DNA of 64,000 bases from Minisyncoccota bacterium (GCA_028712565.1 JAQTPW010000001.1:2653-66652), one strand, 5' to 3'; positions 1-9,283 are shown, counted from the stretch's first letter. Notes: generated by a model from the letters alone, not told the origin. Numbers and translations: made by a program.

Positions 1-2
1 AG

Positions 3-236
3 GCGGAAGATTATGTCCATAGAATCGGCAGGACCGCAAGAGCCGGCAGAGAAGGACACGCGATTTCTTTTGTGACGCCGTCGGAGCAAGGAGAAATTCG
101 CGCGATCGAATGGCTAATCAGAAAAAAATTGCACATATCTACGCTTCCTGAATTTCCAACTATGCAATTTGCAAAGCCGAGGCTAGTTTATTCCAGCGAG
201 AAATACCGGAGGCGGAGGATGGGCGGAAGAAGATAA
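3..236 (+). CDS. DEAD/DEAH-box RNA helicase, C-terminal fragment (5' end outside window)
   Basis: Frame 3 reads ..[27 protein letters not shown].. (helicase motif VI HRIGRTxRAG). Stop TAA at 234-236. Confidence 0.8.
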   Translation, partial: AEDYVHRIGRTARAGREGHAISFVTPSEQGEIRAIEWLIRKKLHISTLPEFPTMQFAKPRLVYSSEKYRRRRMGGRR

Positions 237-244
237 AATAAATT

Positions 245-1219
245 ATGCTTATTGATGATGTAAAAATAAATGTGGCGGCGGGGAGCGGCGGAAAGGGAAC
301 GGTAACATTTAATAGGACTAAAATGAATCGCGGGCCTACGGGCGGCAGCGGAGGAAAGGGCGGCAGTGTTTTTGTTGAAGGAATTTCCGATTTAAGCGCG
401 TTGAATAAATTTCGTTTTAAAAAAGTATTTAATGCAGAAAACGGAGAAGACGGCATGTCTCGGCTTCACGACGGCCGCGACGGAAAGGATTTAATTTTGT
501 CTGTTCCCCTCGGAACCGTGGTGCATAAATTAAATACAGGAGAAGATGTTGAAATAACTAAAATAGGTCAGCGCGAGATTATTGCCCGGGGCGGAAGGGG
601 CGGAAAAGGAAATTATCTTTTTCGGTCATCAACCAATACTACTCCGAAAGAATTTGAAGAAGGAAAAATCGGCGAATCGTTCGATTTGCGTTTGGAATTA
701 AAATTAATTGCGGATGTGGGATTTGTCGGGCTGCCAAATGTCGGCAAATCAAGTTTGCTTAACGAGCTGACAAACGCCAAAAGCAAGGTGGCTAATTACC
801 CTTTTACGACGTTGGAGCCGAACTTGGGGGTTTATTACGAATTGATATTGGCCGATCTTCCCGGACTGATTGAAGGGGCTTCCAAAGGCAAGGGTTTAGG
901 CATTAAATTTTTGCGGCACGTGGAGCGCACAAAAATACTTTTTCATATTATTGCCGCCGATTCAGCAGATCCGGTTTTGGATTATAAAACCGTGAGAGGC
1001 GAATTAGAGGCATACAATAAATTGCTTTTAGAAAAAAAAGAATATATTTTTGTAAGCAAAAGCGATGCGGTTTCGCAAGATGCGGCCGATAAGATAATCG
1101 ATAAACTTGAAAAATTAAATCAAAACGTGATGCTAATTTCCATATATGACTGGGACAGCATTGAGCGCGTCAAAAAAATACTCAACGATTTGATTTCAGA
1201 GAAAAAAGTTGTGGTATAG
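245..1219 (+). CDS. obg: GTPase Obg/CgtA
   Basis: 324 aa. Gly-rich Obg N-domain (GSGGKG..GGSGGKGG), G1 GLPNVGKSS, G3 DLPGLIEGA. Confidence 0.95.
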   Translation: MLIDDVKINVAAGSGGKGTVTFNRTKMNRGPTGGSGGKGGSVFVEGISDLSALNKFRFKKVFNAENGEDGMSRLHDGRDGKDLILSVPLGTVVHKLNTGEDVEITKIGQREIIARGGRGGKGNYLFRSSTNTTPKEFEEGKIGESFDLRLELKLIADVGFVGLPNVGKSSLLNELTNAKSKVANYPFTTLEPNLGVYYELILADLPGLIEGASKGKGLGIKFLRHVERTKILFHIIAADSADPVLDYKTVRGELEAYNKLLLEKKEYIFVSKSDAVSQDAADKIIDKLEKLNQNVMLISIYDWDSIERVKKILNDLISEKKVVV

Positions 1220-1248
1220 CATTTAAATTATAACTTCTAGAGGGATAA

Positions 1249-1303
1249 GTACGTACGCTTGTACGTACGCTTGTACGTACGGGCGTACGTACGGGCGTAC
1301 GTA
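1249..1303. repeat. Tandem 12-bp repeats built on the palindrome GTACGTAC
   Basis: GTACGTACGCTT x2, GTACGTACGGGC x2, plus a partial unit. Related palindromes at 8530-8553 sit in the same position relative to a shared promoter module. Confidence 0.85.
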
Positions 1304-1322
1304 AATGAATTGTCCTGCGAGA

Positions 1323-1363
1323 GGCGGTTTTTGTTTACACTAAACCGGTCGAGGTGGTAGAAT
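1323..1363 (+). promoter_or_regulatory. Conserved T-tail/promoter module (copy 1)
   Basis: GGCGGTTTTTG, then TTTACA (1334-1339), 18 nt, TGG-TAGAAT (1358-1363). ATG lies 7 nt after the -10. Near-identical modules at 3205-3246 and 8576-8618. Confidence 0.5.
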
Positions 1364-1369
1364 GAAAAT

Positions 1370-1507
1370 ATGAAAATATTTATTACGGGGAGTTCGGGAT
1401 ATATCGGCAGGGAATTGGTAAAATTCTTAAATTCAAGATACCAAATTATTGAATATGATTTTGCCAGCGGTCAGGACATTTTGGATTATGAGCAAGAGAT
1501 ATTTTAG
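1370..1507 (+). pseudogene. Remnant of NAD-dependent epimerase/dehydratase (N-terminal 45 codons only)
   Basis: MKIFITGSSGYIGRELV.. carries the Rossmann GxxGxxG start of a family that is normally about 300 aa. The ORF ends at TAG 1505-1507. Confidence 0.6.
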
Positions 1508-1597
1508 GTTATAGTCCTAATTAGTTCCAGATAATATAATGTACTAAAAATACTTCACACTAGGCGGGCCGGTGTGAAATAAAAAAATATTATTTTT

Positions 1598-2038
1598 ATG
1601 AAAATACGCTTTGCCACTTCGCAAGATAAAGAACAAATACTTAAATTAATGGACGAGTTTAACGTTTTGCTTAAATCGCAAGACGTGCCTTCGAAAATCG
1701 GCGGCGCGATGTTTGATGAAATAATTAAGAGTGGTGACAATAAAATATTTGTTGCGGAAGAAAATAATAAATTAATCGGCACGGCTACCCTTTATTTTTT
1801 GCCCAATATTCGGCATGGAGAGAAGATGGGCTATGTTAAAAACTTTTATGTCACGGAACGCATGCGCGACAAAGGTGTGGGGAGGGCGATTTTCGGGGCG
1901 ATAAAAAAATATTGCCTCGAAAATAACGTTAAAGTGATAAAATTGACTTCCAGTAATAAGCTCAAGAACGCTCATAATTTTTACGAAGCAATGGGCGGGA
2001 AATCTACCGAAAGATCTTTCAGATTCGATATCGAGTGA
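1598..2038 (+). CDS. GNAT family N-acetyltransferase
   Basis: 146 aa. Acetyl-CoA motif A region ..RDKGVGRAIFGAIKKYC.. and C-terminal NFYEAMG. Confidence 0.85.
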   Translation: MKIRFATSQDKEQILKLMDEFNVLLKSQDVPSKIGGAMFDEIIKSGDNKIFVAEENNKLIGTATLYFLPNIRHGEKMGYVKNFYVTERMRDKGVGRAIFGAIKKYCLENNVKVIKLTSSNKLKNAHNFYEAMGGKSTERSFRFDIE

Positions 2039-2092
2039 ACGAGGATCCTCTTGTTAAAAGGTAATTAAAATAAAAATTAATTATAAAAAACT

Positions 2093-2451
2093 ATGAAATT
2101 TGATTATATCCTACTTTACGTATCTGATTTGGAAAAAACATCTGATTTTTACGAAAAACTTGGGTTTGAAATCGTAAAATCTACGGCAAAAAAATAGTTG
2201 TTAAATTGGGCGATTTTGAACTTCATTGCTACGATCAGTCAAAAGTATTTTTCAAGCAGGATGTGGACAGAACCAAAGGCGCTGGCGTTTTTATTTATAT
2301 TTCTGTTGAAGACGTAGATGAAAAGTATTCGGAATTAATGAGTAAAGGATTGCAGCCCTCTGGAGAACCGAAAGATTTTGATTGGGGAAATCGAGAGTTT
2401 GCAATTAAAGACCCCGACGGCTATAAGATAATTTTCTATAAGAAAAAGTAA
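2093..2451 (+). pseudogene. VOC/glyoxalase-bleomycin-resistance family gene with a frameshift
   Basis: MKFDYILLYVSDLEKTSDFYEKLGFEIV..TAKK* (stop at 2195-2197) continues in another frame as ..KLGDFELHCYD...KDPDGYKIIFYKK. The break falls in the A7 run at 2188-2194. Confidence 0.7.
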
Positions 2452-2541
2452 TTTTCGGACGGGGAAGCAATAAAATCGCTAGATTTTCTCCAAGATCAGA
2501 ATAAATTGCAGAAAAGAAAATTTTACGTATAATAAAAATAT

Positions 2542-3051
2542 ATGTCAAAGCAAGAAAGTATCCCCTACGAAGAAGTTTTTTTGGCTTTAAACAAAGAAGG
2601 TATAAATTACGCAGTTTGCGGAGGATTGGCAGTGGTTCTATATGGATATGCCAGACTGACCGTAGATCTGGATTTGATCGTCGGTTTAGAGAAAGAAAAT
2701 CTGGAAAAACTTTATAACACCTTAATTAAATTAAACTATAAACCGCAGATTCCAATTAAAAAAGAGGAATTTATCCAAAAAGAAATGCTTGAAAAATTAG
2801 CCGAAGAAAAAAATATGAAAGTGGTTTCTTTTTATAACCCAAAAGAACCCTTCAACGTGATTGATATTGGCGTTAATTTGCCCAACATCTCAAAAATTTT
2901 GGAAAAGAAAAAACAAATTAGGATTAATGGCTTTTCTGTGCCGATAATTTTAATAGACGATTTAATCAAAATGAAAGAGGATTTAGCGCGTCCTCGCGAC
3001 TTAACCGATGTTGAAAACCTTAAAAAAATCAAAAAAGAAAAAAGATATTGA
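2542..3051 (+). CDS. Pol-beta-superfamily nucleotidyltransferase-fold protein
   Basis: 169 aa. CGGLAVVLYGYARLTVDLDLIV fits the hG[GS]-x9-13-DhD NTase motif. No partner gene recognised. Confidence 0.45.
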   Translation: MSKQESIPYEEVFLALNKEGINYAVCGGLAVVLYGYARLTVDLDLIVGLEKENLEKLYNTLIKLNYKPQIPIKKEEFIQKEMLEKLAEEKNMKVVSFYNPKEPFNVIDIGVNLPNISKILEKKKQIRINGFSVPIILIDDLIKMKEDLARPRDLTDVENLKKIKKEKRY

Positions 3052-3185
3052 CGAGCATTTGCTTTATATCCTCAAAAACACAACTCCTTATCAGAGAATG
3101 GTTTGGTTAAAAAAAACTTTAGATTTCTGGAAAACATTAAAAAGAAAAGAGCGGGTTGGCAACTAAAATTTAGAATACGTAAAAA

Positions 3186-3215
3186 CCGCCCTGAGTCACC
3201 CGAAGGGCGGTTTTT
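3186..3215. terminator. Rho-independent terminator hairpin
   Basis: CCGCCC (3186-3191) / GGGCGG (3205-3210), 13-nt loop TGAGTCACCCGAA, then T5. A-run upstream, so it could act on both strands. Confidence 0.7.
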
Positions 3216-3216
3216 G

Positions 3217-3246
3217 TTTACACTAAATTTGCTAAAGTGGTAGTAT
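3217..3246 (+). promoter_or_regulatory. Conserved promoter module (copy 2)
   Basis: TTTACA (3217-3222), 18 nt, TGG-TAGTAT (3241-3246). ATG at 3254, suggesting a leaderless or near-leaderless mRNA. Confidence 0.55.
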
Positions 3247-3253
3247 AAAATAT

Positions 3254-3700
3254 ATGCCAAACGAAAGATTCAAATTAATAGCTTCTGTCTATTTGGTTTT
3301 AATAAGAGATAATAAAATTCTTCTCTCAAGAAGGTATAATACCGGGTATTTTGACGGCAATTATAGTTTTCCCGCGGGGCATATTGATGGAAATGAAACA
3401 TTAAAGCAAGGTTTGGTTAGAGAAGTAAAAGAAGAAATCGGCGTTGATCTGGAATCGAATGATTTGGAGTTAATCCATGTAATGGACAGAAAAATACCAG
3501 ATGACGAAAGATTGGATTTCTTTTTTAGAACAAAGAAATACTTGGGTGAGCCAAAAATTATGGAAACGAACAAGTGTGATGATTTAAGCTGGTTCGAACT
3601 TAATAATTTGCCTCAAAATATAATTCCGTATATAAAACAAGCGATTGATTCTATTTTGAATAATATAATTTACAGCGAAAGAGAAGGTTTGGAGAAATAA
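3254..3700 (+). CDS. NUDIX hydrolase
   Basis: 148 aa. Nudix box GHIDGNETLKQGLVREVKEEIGV. Confidence 0.9.
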   Translation: MPNERFKLIASVYLVLIRDNKILLSRRYNTGYFDGNYSFPAGHIDGNETLKQGLVREVKEEIGVDLESNDLELIHVMDRKIPDDERLDFFFRTKKYLGEPKIMETNKCDDLSWFELNNLPQNIIPYIKQAIDSILNNIIYSEREGLEK

Positions 3701-3701
3701 T

Positions 3702-4124
3702 ATGAAAAAACGGCCGGATGTGACGGTGAAAATGATGCTACGGTATAAAGATGAAGTTTTGATGGTAAAACATAAGGACGGGCATTTCGGTTTTCCCGGC
3801 GGGCACGTGGAGTGGGAAGAATCTTTATTCGGCGCGTTAAAAAGAGAGTTGAGGGAAGAATTGAATTATAATTTAAAGAAAGAGCCCAAATTATTTGATG
3901 TTTGGAATTACATTCCAAAGGAAAATCCCGGCGCAACGCATAAGGGCCACACGGTTTTTCTTAATTATATTTTAAAACTTAATAAAAAGCCGGTTCTTTC
4001 TTCTCCCGAGAAGCTCGGAATTTTTTGGCTGAAAAGAAAAGATATTGTTAAAATGAATATTGTTAGAGATAAACAATTTTTAGATAAAGTTTTCAAAAAG
4101 ATAATGGATAGATATATTAATTAA
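3702..4124 (+). CDS. NUDIX hydrolase
   Basis: 140 aa. Nudix box GGHVEWEESLFGALKRELREELN. Confidence 0.9.
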   Translation: MKKRPDVTVKMMLRYKDEVLMVKHKDGHFGFPGGHVEWEESLFGALKRELREELNYNLKKEPKLFDVWNYIPKENPGATHKGHTVFLNYILKLNKKPVLSSPEKLGIFWLKRKDIVKMNIVRDKQFLDKVFKKIMDRYIN

Positions 4125-4129
4125 AAACG

Positions 4130-4861
4130 ATGGAAAAAATAAACACGAAAAGTTTTATCCTTGCGGTTTATGCAAGGGGTAACGAATCTTCGGAAAAGAT
4201 AGCTTTAGTTTTACCGGGGAAACTCGACACTAAAGATTACCCGCACATGAGAAGCCATGTGGATTTTTTAGCAAACCAAGGCTTTTTTGCGCTGTCGTTC
4301 GATCCGCCGGGAACTTGGGAGAGCCCGGGAGGTATCGAGCTTTATACTATGACTAATTATCTAAAAGCCATAAATGAACTTATTGGATACTTCGGTAATA
4401 AGCCAACGATTCTTTTAGGCCATAGCAGAGGTGGCAGTATGGCGATGCTTGGAGCAATCACAAGCCCTTATGTTACTCATTTTGTTGCGGTAATGTCCAG
4501 AGCCGGAGAACGCATGCCAAATAAACCGATGAAAGCTGGTGATACCAGCATAAGCTACAGAGATATGCCTGGGAGCCCAAATGAAAAGAAAAAGTTTGAG
4601 TTGCCGTTCAGTTATTTCGAAGACTCCGCCCGTTATAATATTCTTGAAGGGCTTAAGAGTTGCACTAAATCAAAATTATTCATAATGGGAACCCGAGATA
4701 TAACCGTAAAACCGGAGGAAGTGAAGGCAGCTTATGAAGCGGCGGCACAGCCTAAGGAGTTCCGAGAAATCGATTCGGATCATGATTACCGCTGGCATTC
4801 AGATTTAATCGATAAAGTAAATCAAATTGTTGGAGATTTTCTTAGTAAGAGGGAGAAATAA
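4130..4861 (+). CDS. Alpha/beta hydrolase
   Basis: 243 aa. Nucleophile elbow GHSRGG, with C-terminal D..H (DSDHDY). Confidence 0.75.
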   Translation: MEKINTKSFILAVYARGNESSEKIALVLPGKLDTKDYPHMRSHVDFLANQGFFALSFDPPGTWESPGGIELYTMTNYLKAINELIGYFGNKPTILLGHSRGGSMAMLGAITSPYVTHFVAVMSRAGERMPNKPMKAGDTSISYRDMPGSPNEKKKFELPFSYFEDSARYNILEGLKSCTKSKLFIMGTRDITVKPEEVKAAYEAAAQPKEFREIDSDHDYRWHSDLIDKVNQIVGDFLSKREK

Positions 4862-4865
4862 AAAC

Positions 4866-5525
4866 ATGAAACAGTGGAATAAGATTTTTAAAAAAGAGGG
4901 AAAGGTTTTTCTTGAACATCAAGAAGATATGCCGAGAATTGCAAAGGTGTTTAAGGAAAAGGGAGTTAAAAAAATTTTGGATTTGGGTTGCGGTTCAGGT
5001 AGGCATACGGTTTATCTGGCACGACTTGGCTTCGATGTTTATGGTATTGATATAGCTTCTGATGGCATGAAATTAGCAAAAGTTTGGCTAAGGAAGGAAA
5101 AACTGAAGGCAAATTCAAAAATTGGGAATATTTATAAAAAACTGCCTTATACGAATAATTTTTTTGACGCCGTGATCTCAACCCAGACAATCCATCATGA
5201 AAAAATTGAGAATATCCGTAAAACCATTAGGGAAGTTGAGAGAATTTTGAGACCAGGTGGCTTGATTTTTGTGAGCGTGCGTAAGAGAAAATTAGGGAAG
5301 AATTGGAAGAGTGGCGTGATAATCGAGAAATACGGCCTTCAAAGGTCCAGATATAAAGTAATCGGTCCCAGAACCTATGTTCCAATAGAAAGAGGCGAAA
5401 AAGGATTGATTCATTATCTTTTTAACAAAGAAATAATAAAAAAAGAATTCAAAAATTTCAGCCCGCGTATCTGGGTTGATCAAGATGGAAGGCATTATTG
5501 TTTTCTAGGAAAATTAAAAAAATAA
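4866..5525 (+). CDS. Class I SAM-dependent methyltransferase
   Basis: Motif I ILDLGCGSGRH. ATG 4866 is preferred over the track start 4827, which overlaps the previous gene. Confidence 0.85.
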   Translation: MKQWNKIFKKEGKVFLEHQEDMPRIAKVFKEKGVKKILDLGCGSGRHTVYLARLGFDVYGIDIASDGMKLAKVWLRKEKLKANSKIGNIYKKLPYTNNFFDAVISTQTIHHEKIENIRKTIREVERILRPGGLIFVSVRKRKLGKNWKSGVIIEKYGLQRSRYKVIGPRTYVPIERGEKGLIHYLFNKEIIKKEFKNFSPRIWVDQDGRHYCFLGKLKK

Positions 5526-5526
5526 T

Positions 5527-6546
5527 ATGAATAATAAAATAATTAGAAGTATTTGTTATTTTGATAAAGAACCGTCAGACGAGACGATCGAAAGATTAGA
5601 TAAAATAGCGGGCATTCTCACGGGGAGGGGATTTGAAATTCAAACGAAAAGAGTTTGTTCGTCATCTGTTGATAAAATAATTGAACTTGACTCAAAATAT
5701 GCCAGTAATAGTTATATTTTCGGCATCGGATCTTTGCAGAAAGACGAAATACGTCGACGATTTAACGATGTGCTCTCCTGCAAGGACACTTCATTCAATC
5801 TGGATTTAACCGGGAGGGAGATTACAATTGACGACGCACAATTACTTTTCGAAATCATCAGAAGGAATTCCAGCAAGACATTTAATTTTACTTACGTATT
5901 TAATAACCGGCCTTCGAGCCCTTTCTTTCCTTCGGGATCATATCAAAAGGACGGATTTTCAATCGGTCTGCAGCCAACGGATTTATCCGAAGATTGCAAT
6001 TCAATTGGAGAATGGCTCGAGAAGATGAAGGAAGTGTGGCTGGAAATTTATAATTTATTCAAAGACGATCCCGAATTTTTAGGCATTGATTCGTCGATAG
6101 CTCCGCTCTTTTCGGGGAAAAGCAGCTTGATTGGTTTTATAAAAAAATTAGGGTTGGATTTCTCGCGCTCGGCGACAACGGATACTTATCTCGCCATAAC
6201 TAAATTTTTAAAAGAAAATAACCCAAAACCGGTTGGTTTGTGCGGATTAATGTTTCCTTGCCTTGAGGATTTCGAGCTGGCCGAAGAATATGAAAAAGGT
6301 AATTTTTCAATAGAACGCAATGTTTTCCTTTCTTTGCATTCGGGTTTGGGCATAGATACATATCCCATTGCTATTGATGAAAAACCGGAAAGGGTATTGG
6401 AAATTTTGAAATTAGTGCAAGGATTATCGGATAAATATAAAAAGCCGCTGTCTGCGCGTTTCGTTTCAGATGGCAAGGCTAAAATTGGCGAAAAAACTGA
6501 TTTCCAAAATCAATATTTAAAAGACATTACAGTTAGATCTCTATAA
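5527..6546 (+). CDS. Hypothetical protein (possibly UPF0210/DUF711-like)
   Basis: 339-aa uninterrupted ORF. Only a weak remembered resemblance (..GLCGLMFPCLEDFELA..). Confidence 0.4.
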   Translation: MNNKIIRSICYFDKEPSDETIERLDKIAGILTGRGFEIQTKRVCSSSVDKIIELDSKYASNSYIFGIGSLQKDEIRRRFNDVLSCKDTSFNLDLTGREITIDDAQLLFEIIRRNSSKTFNFTYVFNNRPSSPFFPSGSYQKDGFSIGLQPTDLSEDCNSIGEWLEKMKEVWLEIYNLFKDDPEFLGIDSSIAPLFSGKSSLIGFIKKLGLDFSRSATTDTYLAITKFLKENNPKPVGLCGLMFPCLEDFELAEEYEKGNFSIERNVFLSLHSGLGIDTYPIAIDEKPERVLEILKLVQGLSDKYKKPLSARFVSDGKAKIGEKTDFQNQYLKDITVRSL

Positions 6547-6550
6547 TAAA

Positions 6551-7204
6551 ATGAAATTATTTTTGACGTCGGCGGGGTTGCCGCCGGAGACAACTGAAGA
6601 ATTTTTAAAACTGCTGGTTAAAAAGCCTGAAGAAACTAAGGTTTGTTTTATTGCCACGGCTTCTCATCCTGAAGAAAATAAATGGTATGTAGAAAAAGAC
6701 AAGGAGAGATTATTAGAATTGGGTTTTAAAATAACCGAACTGGATTTGAAAGAAGAAAATGAGAATTCTTTAACGGATAAATTAAAAGATTTTGATGTAA
6801 TTTTTGTTGAAGGAGGCAATACGTTTTATTTGCTAAAATATGTCAGGGAAAGCGGTTTTGATAAAGCTTTAAAATTATTTTTAGAAAGAGGAGGAATTTA
6901 TCTTGGAGTTAGCGCCGGCACGATTATTACCGGTCCGAATATTGATACGGCTTGGTGGAAATACGGAGAACCTAGTAAAAATAAGGTGGGCATAAGAGAT
7001 TTAACGGGATTAAATTTAGTTCCCTTTTTAACCGCAGTTCATATAAACGAAGCAAATGTCGCGATTATTAGAAGTTACGCTGGCAAGAGTAGTTATAAAG
7101 TTGTTGCTTTGACCGATAATCAGGCAATTTTAGTACAAAACGGAGAATATAAATTAGTCGGAGAGGGAGAGAAGTATGTTTTTAATACAAATGTAAAACT
7201 ATGA
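6551..7204 (+). CDS. Peptidase S51 (dipeptidase E-like)
   Basis: 217 aa. ..VIFVEGGNTFYLL.. and GVSAGTIITGP, the Ser nucleophile context of the S51 family. Confidence 0.75.
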   Translation: MKLFLTSAGLPPETTEEFLKLLVKKPEETKVCFIATASHPEENKWYVEKDKERLLELGFKITELDLKEENENSLTDKLKDFDVIFVEGGNTFYLLKYVRESGFDKALKLFLERGGIYLGVSAGTIITGPNIDTAWWKYGEPSKNKVGIRDLTGLNLVPFLTAVHINEANVAIIRSYAGKSSYKVVALTDNQAILVQNGEYKLVGEGEKYVFNTNVKL

Positions 7205-7809
7205 GTGTTAAAAATAAACAACTGAAAATAATTGGCATATCTGGAAGCCCAAGAGGACGGAATACAAATTATATGTTGCAGACGGTTTTGGATGCTTCGG
7301 GTTGTTATTACGAAATTATTTTGTTGAAGGATAAAAAAATAAAACCCTGCGCCGCTTGCGGCGGATGTTACAAATCGCACAAATGCGTTGTAAATGACGA
7401 TATGCAAGAATTGTATGAAAAATTACCAAAAGCCGATATTATTATTCTGGCCTCACCGACATTCTTCGCAAACGTTACTGGCATAATGAAAAATTTTATT
7501 GATAGGTGTTTGCCTTTATATCTTTCGGAAAAACTAAAAGGCAAAAAGGCAGTTTTGCTTACAGTTGGTAATTTCAGGAAGGATGAAGTGAGATATTTAG
7601 ATAATTTCGATATTGAAAAAGCAATGAAAAATCCTGCCAGTAGAAGGAAATTAGGAGAATCAATCCGAAGATGCTTGAATATAATGAAAATTTTTTGCCA
7701 AAAACATATGAAAATGAAAGTAATCGGAAGCGTTTATGTTATTAATGGAGATCCCGAATCAAAAAAGAAAGAATTAATAAAATTAGGAAGAATAATTGCA
7801 AATAAATAA
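7201..7809 (+). CDS. NAD(P)H-dependent FMN reductase / iron-sulfur flavoprotein-like
   Basis: 202 aa. ISGSPRGRNT.., a Cys cluster CAACGGCYKSHKC, and ..IIILASPTFFANVTG. Confidence 0.75.
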   Translation: MSVKNKQLKIIGISGSPRGRNTNYMLQTVLDASGCYYEIILLKDKKIKPCAACGGCYKSHKCVVNDDMQELYEKLPKADIIILASPTFFANVTGIMKNFIDRCLPLYLSEKLKGKKAVLLTVGNFRKDEVRYLDNFDIEKAMKNPASRRKLGESIRRCLNIMKIFCQKHMKMKVIGSVYVINGDPESKKKELIKLGRIIANK

Positions 7810-7813
7810 AACT

Positions 7814-8455
7814 ATGATAAAAGCAGTAATTTTCGATATGGATGGAGTAATTTCGGATACCCAAAAATTGCATGCTTCCATAGAAGTTGATTTGCTTAAG
7901 AAATATGGAGTATTCGTGACGGCGGAGGAAATAACTAAGAATTACAACGGACTTCCCGATAAGGTTTTCTTTGAAAAAATTTTTAAAGCATATAACGTTC
8001 TCGCAGATATAGATTCCATTCGTAAAGAAAAGTGGGAAAAGATGATGGTTTCTGCTCCCGGCAATATTTTTGCGATTCCGGGCGCGGTAAAAATTATAAA
8101 TGATTTGCGGCTTATGGGTCTAAAACTAGGCGTTGCGTCAAGCTCATCAGCTGAATTTGTTGAATTGGTTCTTTCGGAATTGGAAATAAAAAATAATTTT
8201 GATGCCATTACCTCTACAGCAGAGGTAAAATTTGGAAAACCGAATCCCGATATTTTTTTATTAGCGGCAAAAAAACTTGGCGCAGATCCTAAAGAGTGCG
8301 TGGTAATAGAAGACGCGATTAGCGGAATGACGGCGGCAAAATCCGCCGGAATGATGTGCGTCGGTTTAATCCATGACGATAGAAATTACCCGGCGGACTT
8401 AACAGTCACTACTTTGGAAGATTTAACCGTAGAAAAAATTATAAATTTAAAATAA
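7814..8455 (+). CDS. HAD-superfamily hydrolase (beta-phosphoglucomutase-like)
   Basis: MIKAVIFDMDGVISDT (DxDG motif I), ..GVASSS.. motif II, ..VIEDAISG.. motif IV. ATG 7814 chosen. Confidence 0.85.
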   Translation: MIKAVIFDMDGVISDTQKLHASIEVDLLKKYGVFVTAEEITKNYNGLPDKVFFEKIFKAYNVLADIDSIRKEKWEKMMVSAPGNIFAIPGAVKIINDLRLMGLKLGVASSSSAEFVELVLSELEIKNNFDAITSTAEVKFGKPNPDIFLLAAKKLGADPKECVVIEDAISGMTAAKSAGMMCVGLIHDDRNYPADLTVTTLEDLTVEKIINLK

Positions 8456-8529
8456 TGAAAATATATTTTGCGGCGCATTCGACGACGAAAGATATTTAAA
8501 ATATTTAAATTATCAACTGCTAGCGAAAT

Positions 8530-8553
8530 CCGTACGTACGGATGTACGTACAA
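8530..8553. repeat. Two adjacent GTACGTAC-core palindromes
   Basis: CCGTACGTACGG followed by TGTACGTACA. Same core as 1249-1303 and same placement upstream of the shared promoter module. Confidence 0.8.
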
Positions 8554-8589
8554 AAATCGTCCTTCGGCGCGGCTCAGGGCGGTTTTTTG

Positions 8590-8618
8590 TTTACACTGAA
8601 TATGGTTAGGTGTAAGAT
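8590..8618 (+). promoter_or_regulatory. Conserved promoter module (copy 3)
   Basis: GGCGGTTTTTTG-TTTACA (8590-8595), 17 nt, TAAGAT (8613-8618). It is followed by a 10-codon ORF only, and the HD gene starts at 8690. Confidence 0.45.
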
Positions 8619-8689
8619 AAAATATGTGGGAAAAAATGTTTTGCAAACTGGAATAACGAAAAAATAACTAAACACACAGCAAGAAATTT

Positions 8690-9283
8690 ATGAAAAATAA
8701 AAGAGATATAGAATTTTTATTTGAAATTGGTTCAACCCGCAATTTACAAAGAGGATGGCGGCAACATTTAGGTGTGGATTGCGCCGATGATTTGGAACAC
8801 ACTGTGCGTGTAATATGGCTGGCTTTAATTATCGCCAGAAAGGAAAAAATAAAAAATGAAGAAAAAATTATCAAAATGGCGCTGATCCACGACGTTGAAG
8901 AAACACGCACAAGCGATTTAAGTTATGTGCAAAAAGTTTATGTTAAAGCGGATGGCGAACATGCGGCTAAAGATTTATTTTATGGGACCATACTAAATGA
9001 TTTTTATAAATCGATTTTCAAGGAATATGAAGAAAGGAAATCAATCGAATCAAAAATAGTTAAAGATGCTGATAATTTGGATATCGATTTAGAGCTAAAG
9101 GAATTAGAGGAAAGGGGATCACAAATGCGTAAAAAATGGGCCCCATTTCGTAAAAAAGTAAGATACGAAAAATTATATACAAAGGCAGCTAAAGAAATAT
9201 GGGACGATATCCAAAAAGCAGATGTTTCAAGCTGGCATTTGGCTGCGAATAAGTGGCTTAAAATTAAGAGGGCTGGTAAGTAA
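8690..9283 (+). CDS. HD-domain phosphohydrolase (YfbR-like 5'-nucleotidase family)
   Basis: 197 aa. H..HD signature: ..LEHTVRV.. and ..ALIHDVEETRTSDL... Confidence 0.8.
   Translation: MKNKRDIEFLFEIGSTRNLQRGWRQHLGVDCADDLEHTVRVIWLALIIARKEKIKNEEKIIKMALIHDVEETRTSDLSYVQKVYVKADGEHAAKDLFYGTILNDFYKSIFKEYEERKSIESKIVKDADNLDIDLELKELEERGSQMRKKWAPFRKKVRYEKLYTKAAKEIWDDIQKADVSSWHLAANKWLKIKRAGK

Noticed and set aside
1249-1303. Tandem repeats as a CRISPR array
   Set aside because: The units are 12 bp and contiguous with no spacers, and there are no cas genes. No CRISPR array is present anywhere in the window.
4827-4865. Longer N-termini given in the track for the methyltransferase (4827), HAD (7796), membrane protein (18723), lysS (53942) and ABC ATPase (9482)
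   Set aside because: The extensions overlap upstream genes or use non-ATG codons. Internal ATGs (4866, 7814, 18786, 53954, 9494) start exactly at the conserved N-terminal motifs.
8455-8499. 14-codon ORF MKIYFAAHSTTKDI overlapping the HAD stop (TAATG)
   Set aside because: It could be the stump of a lost gene, but it is too short to assign. It is mentioned under the junction-module finding rather than called as a feature.
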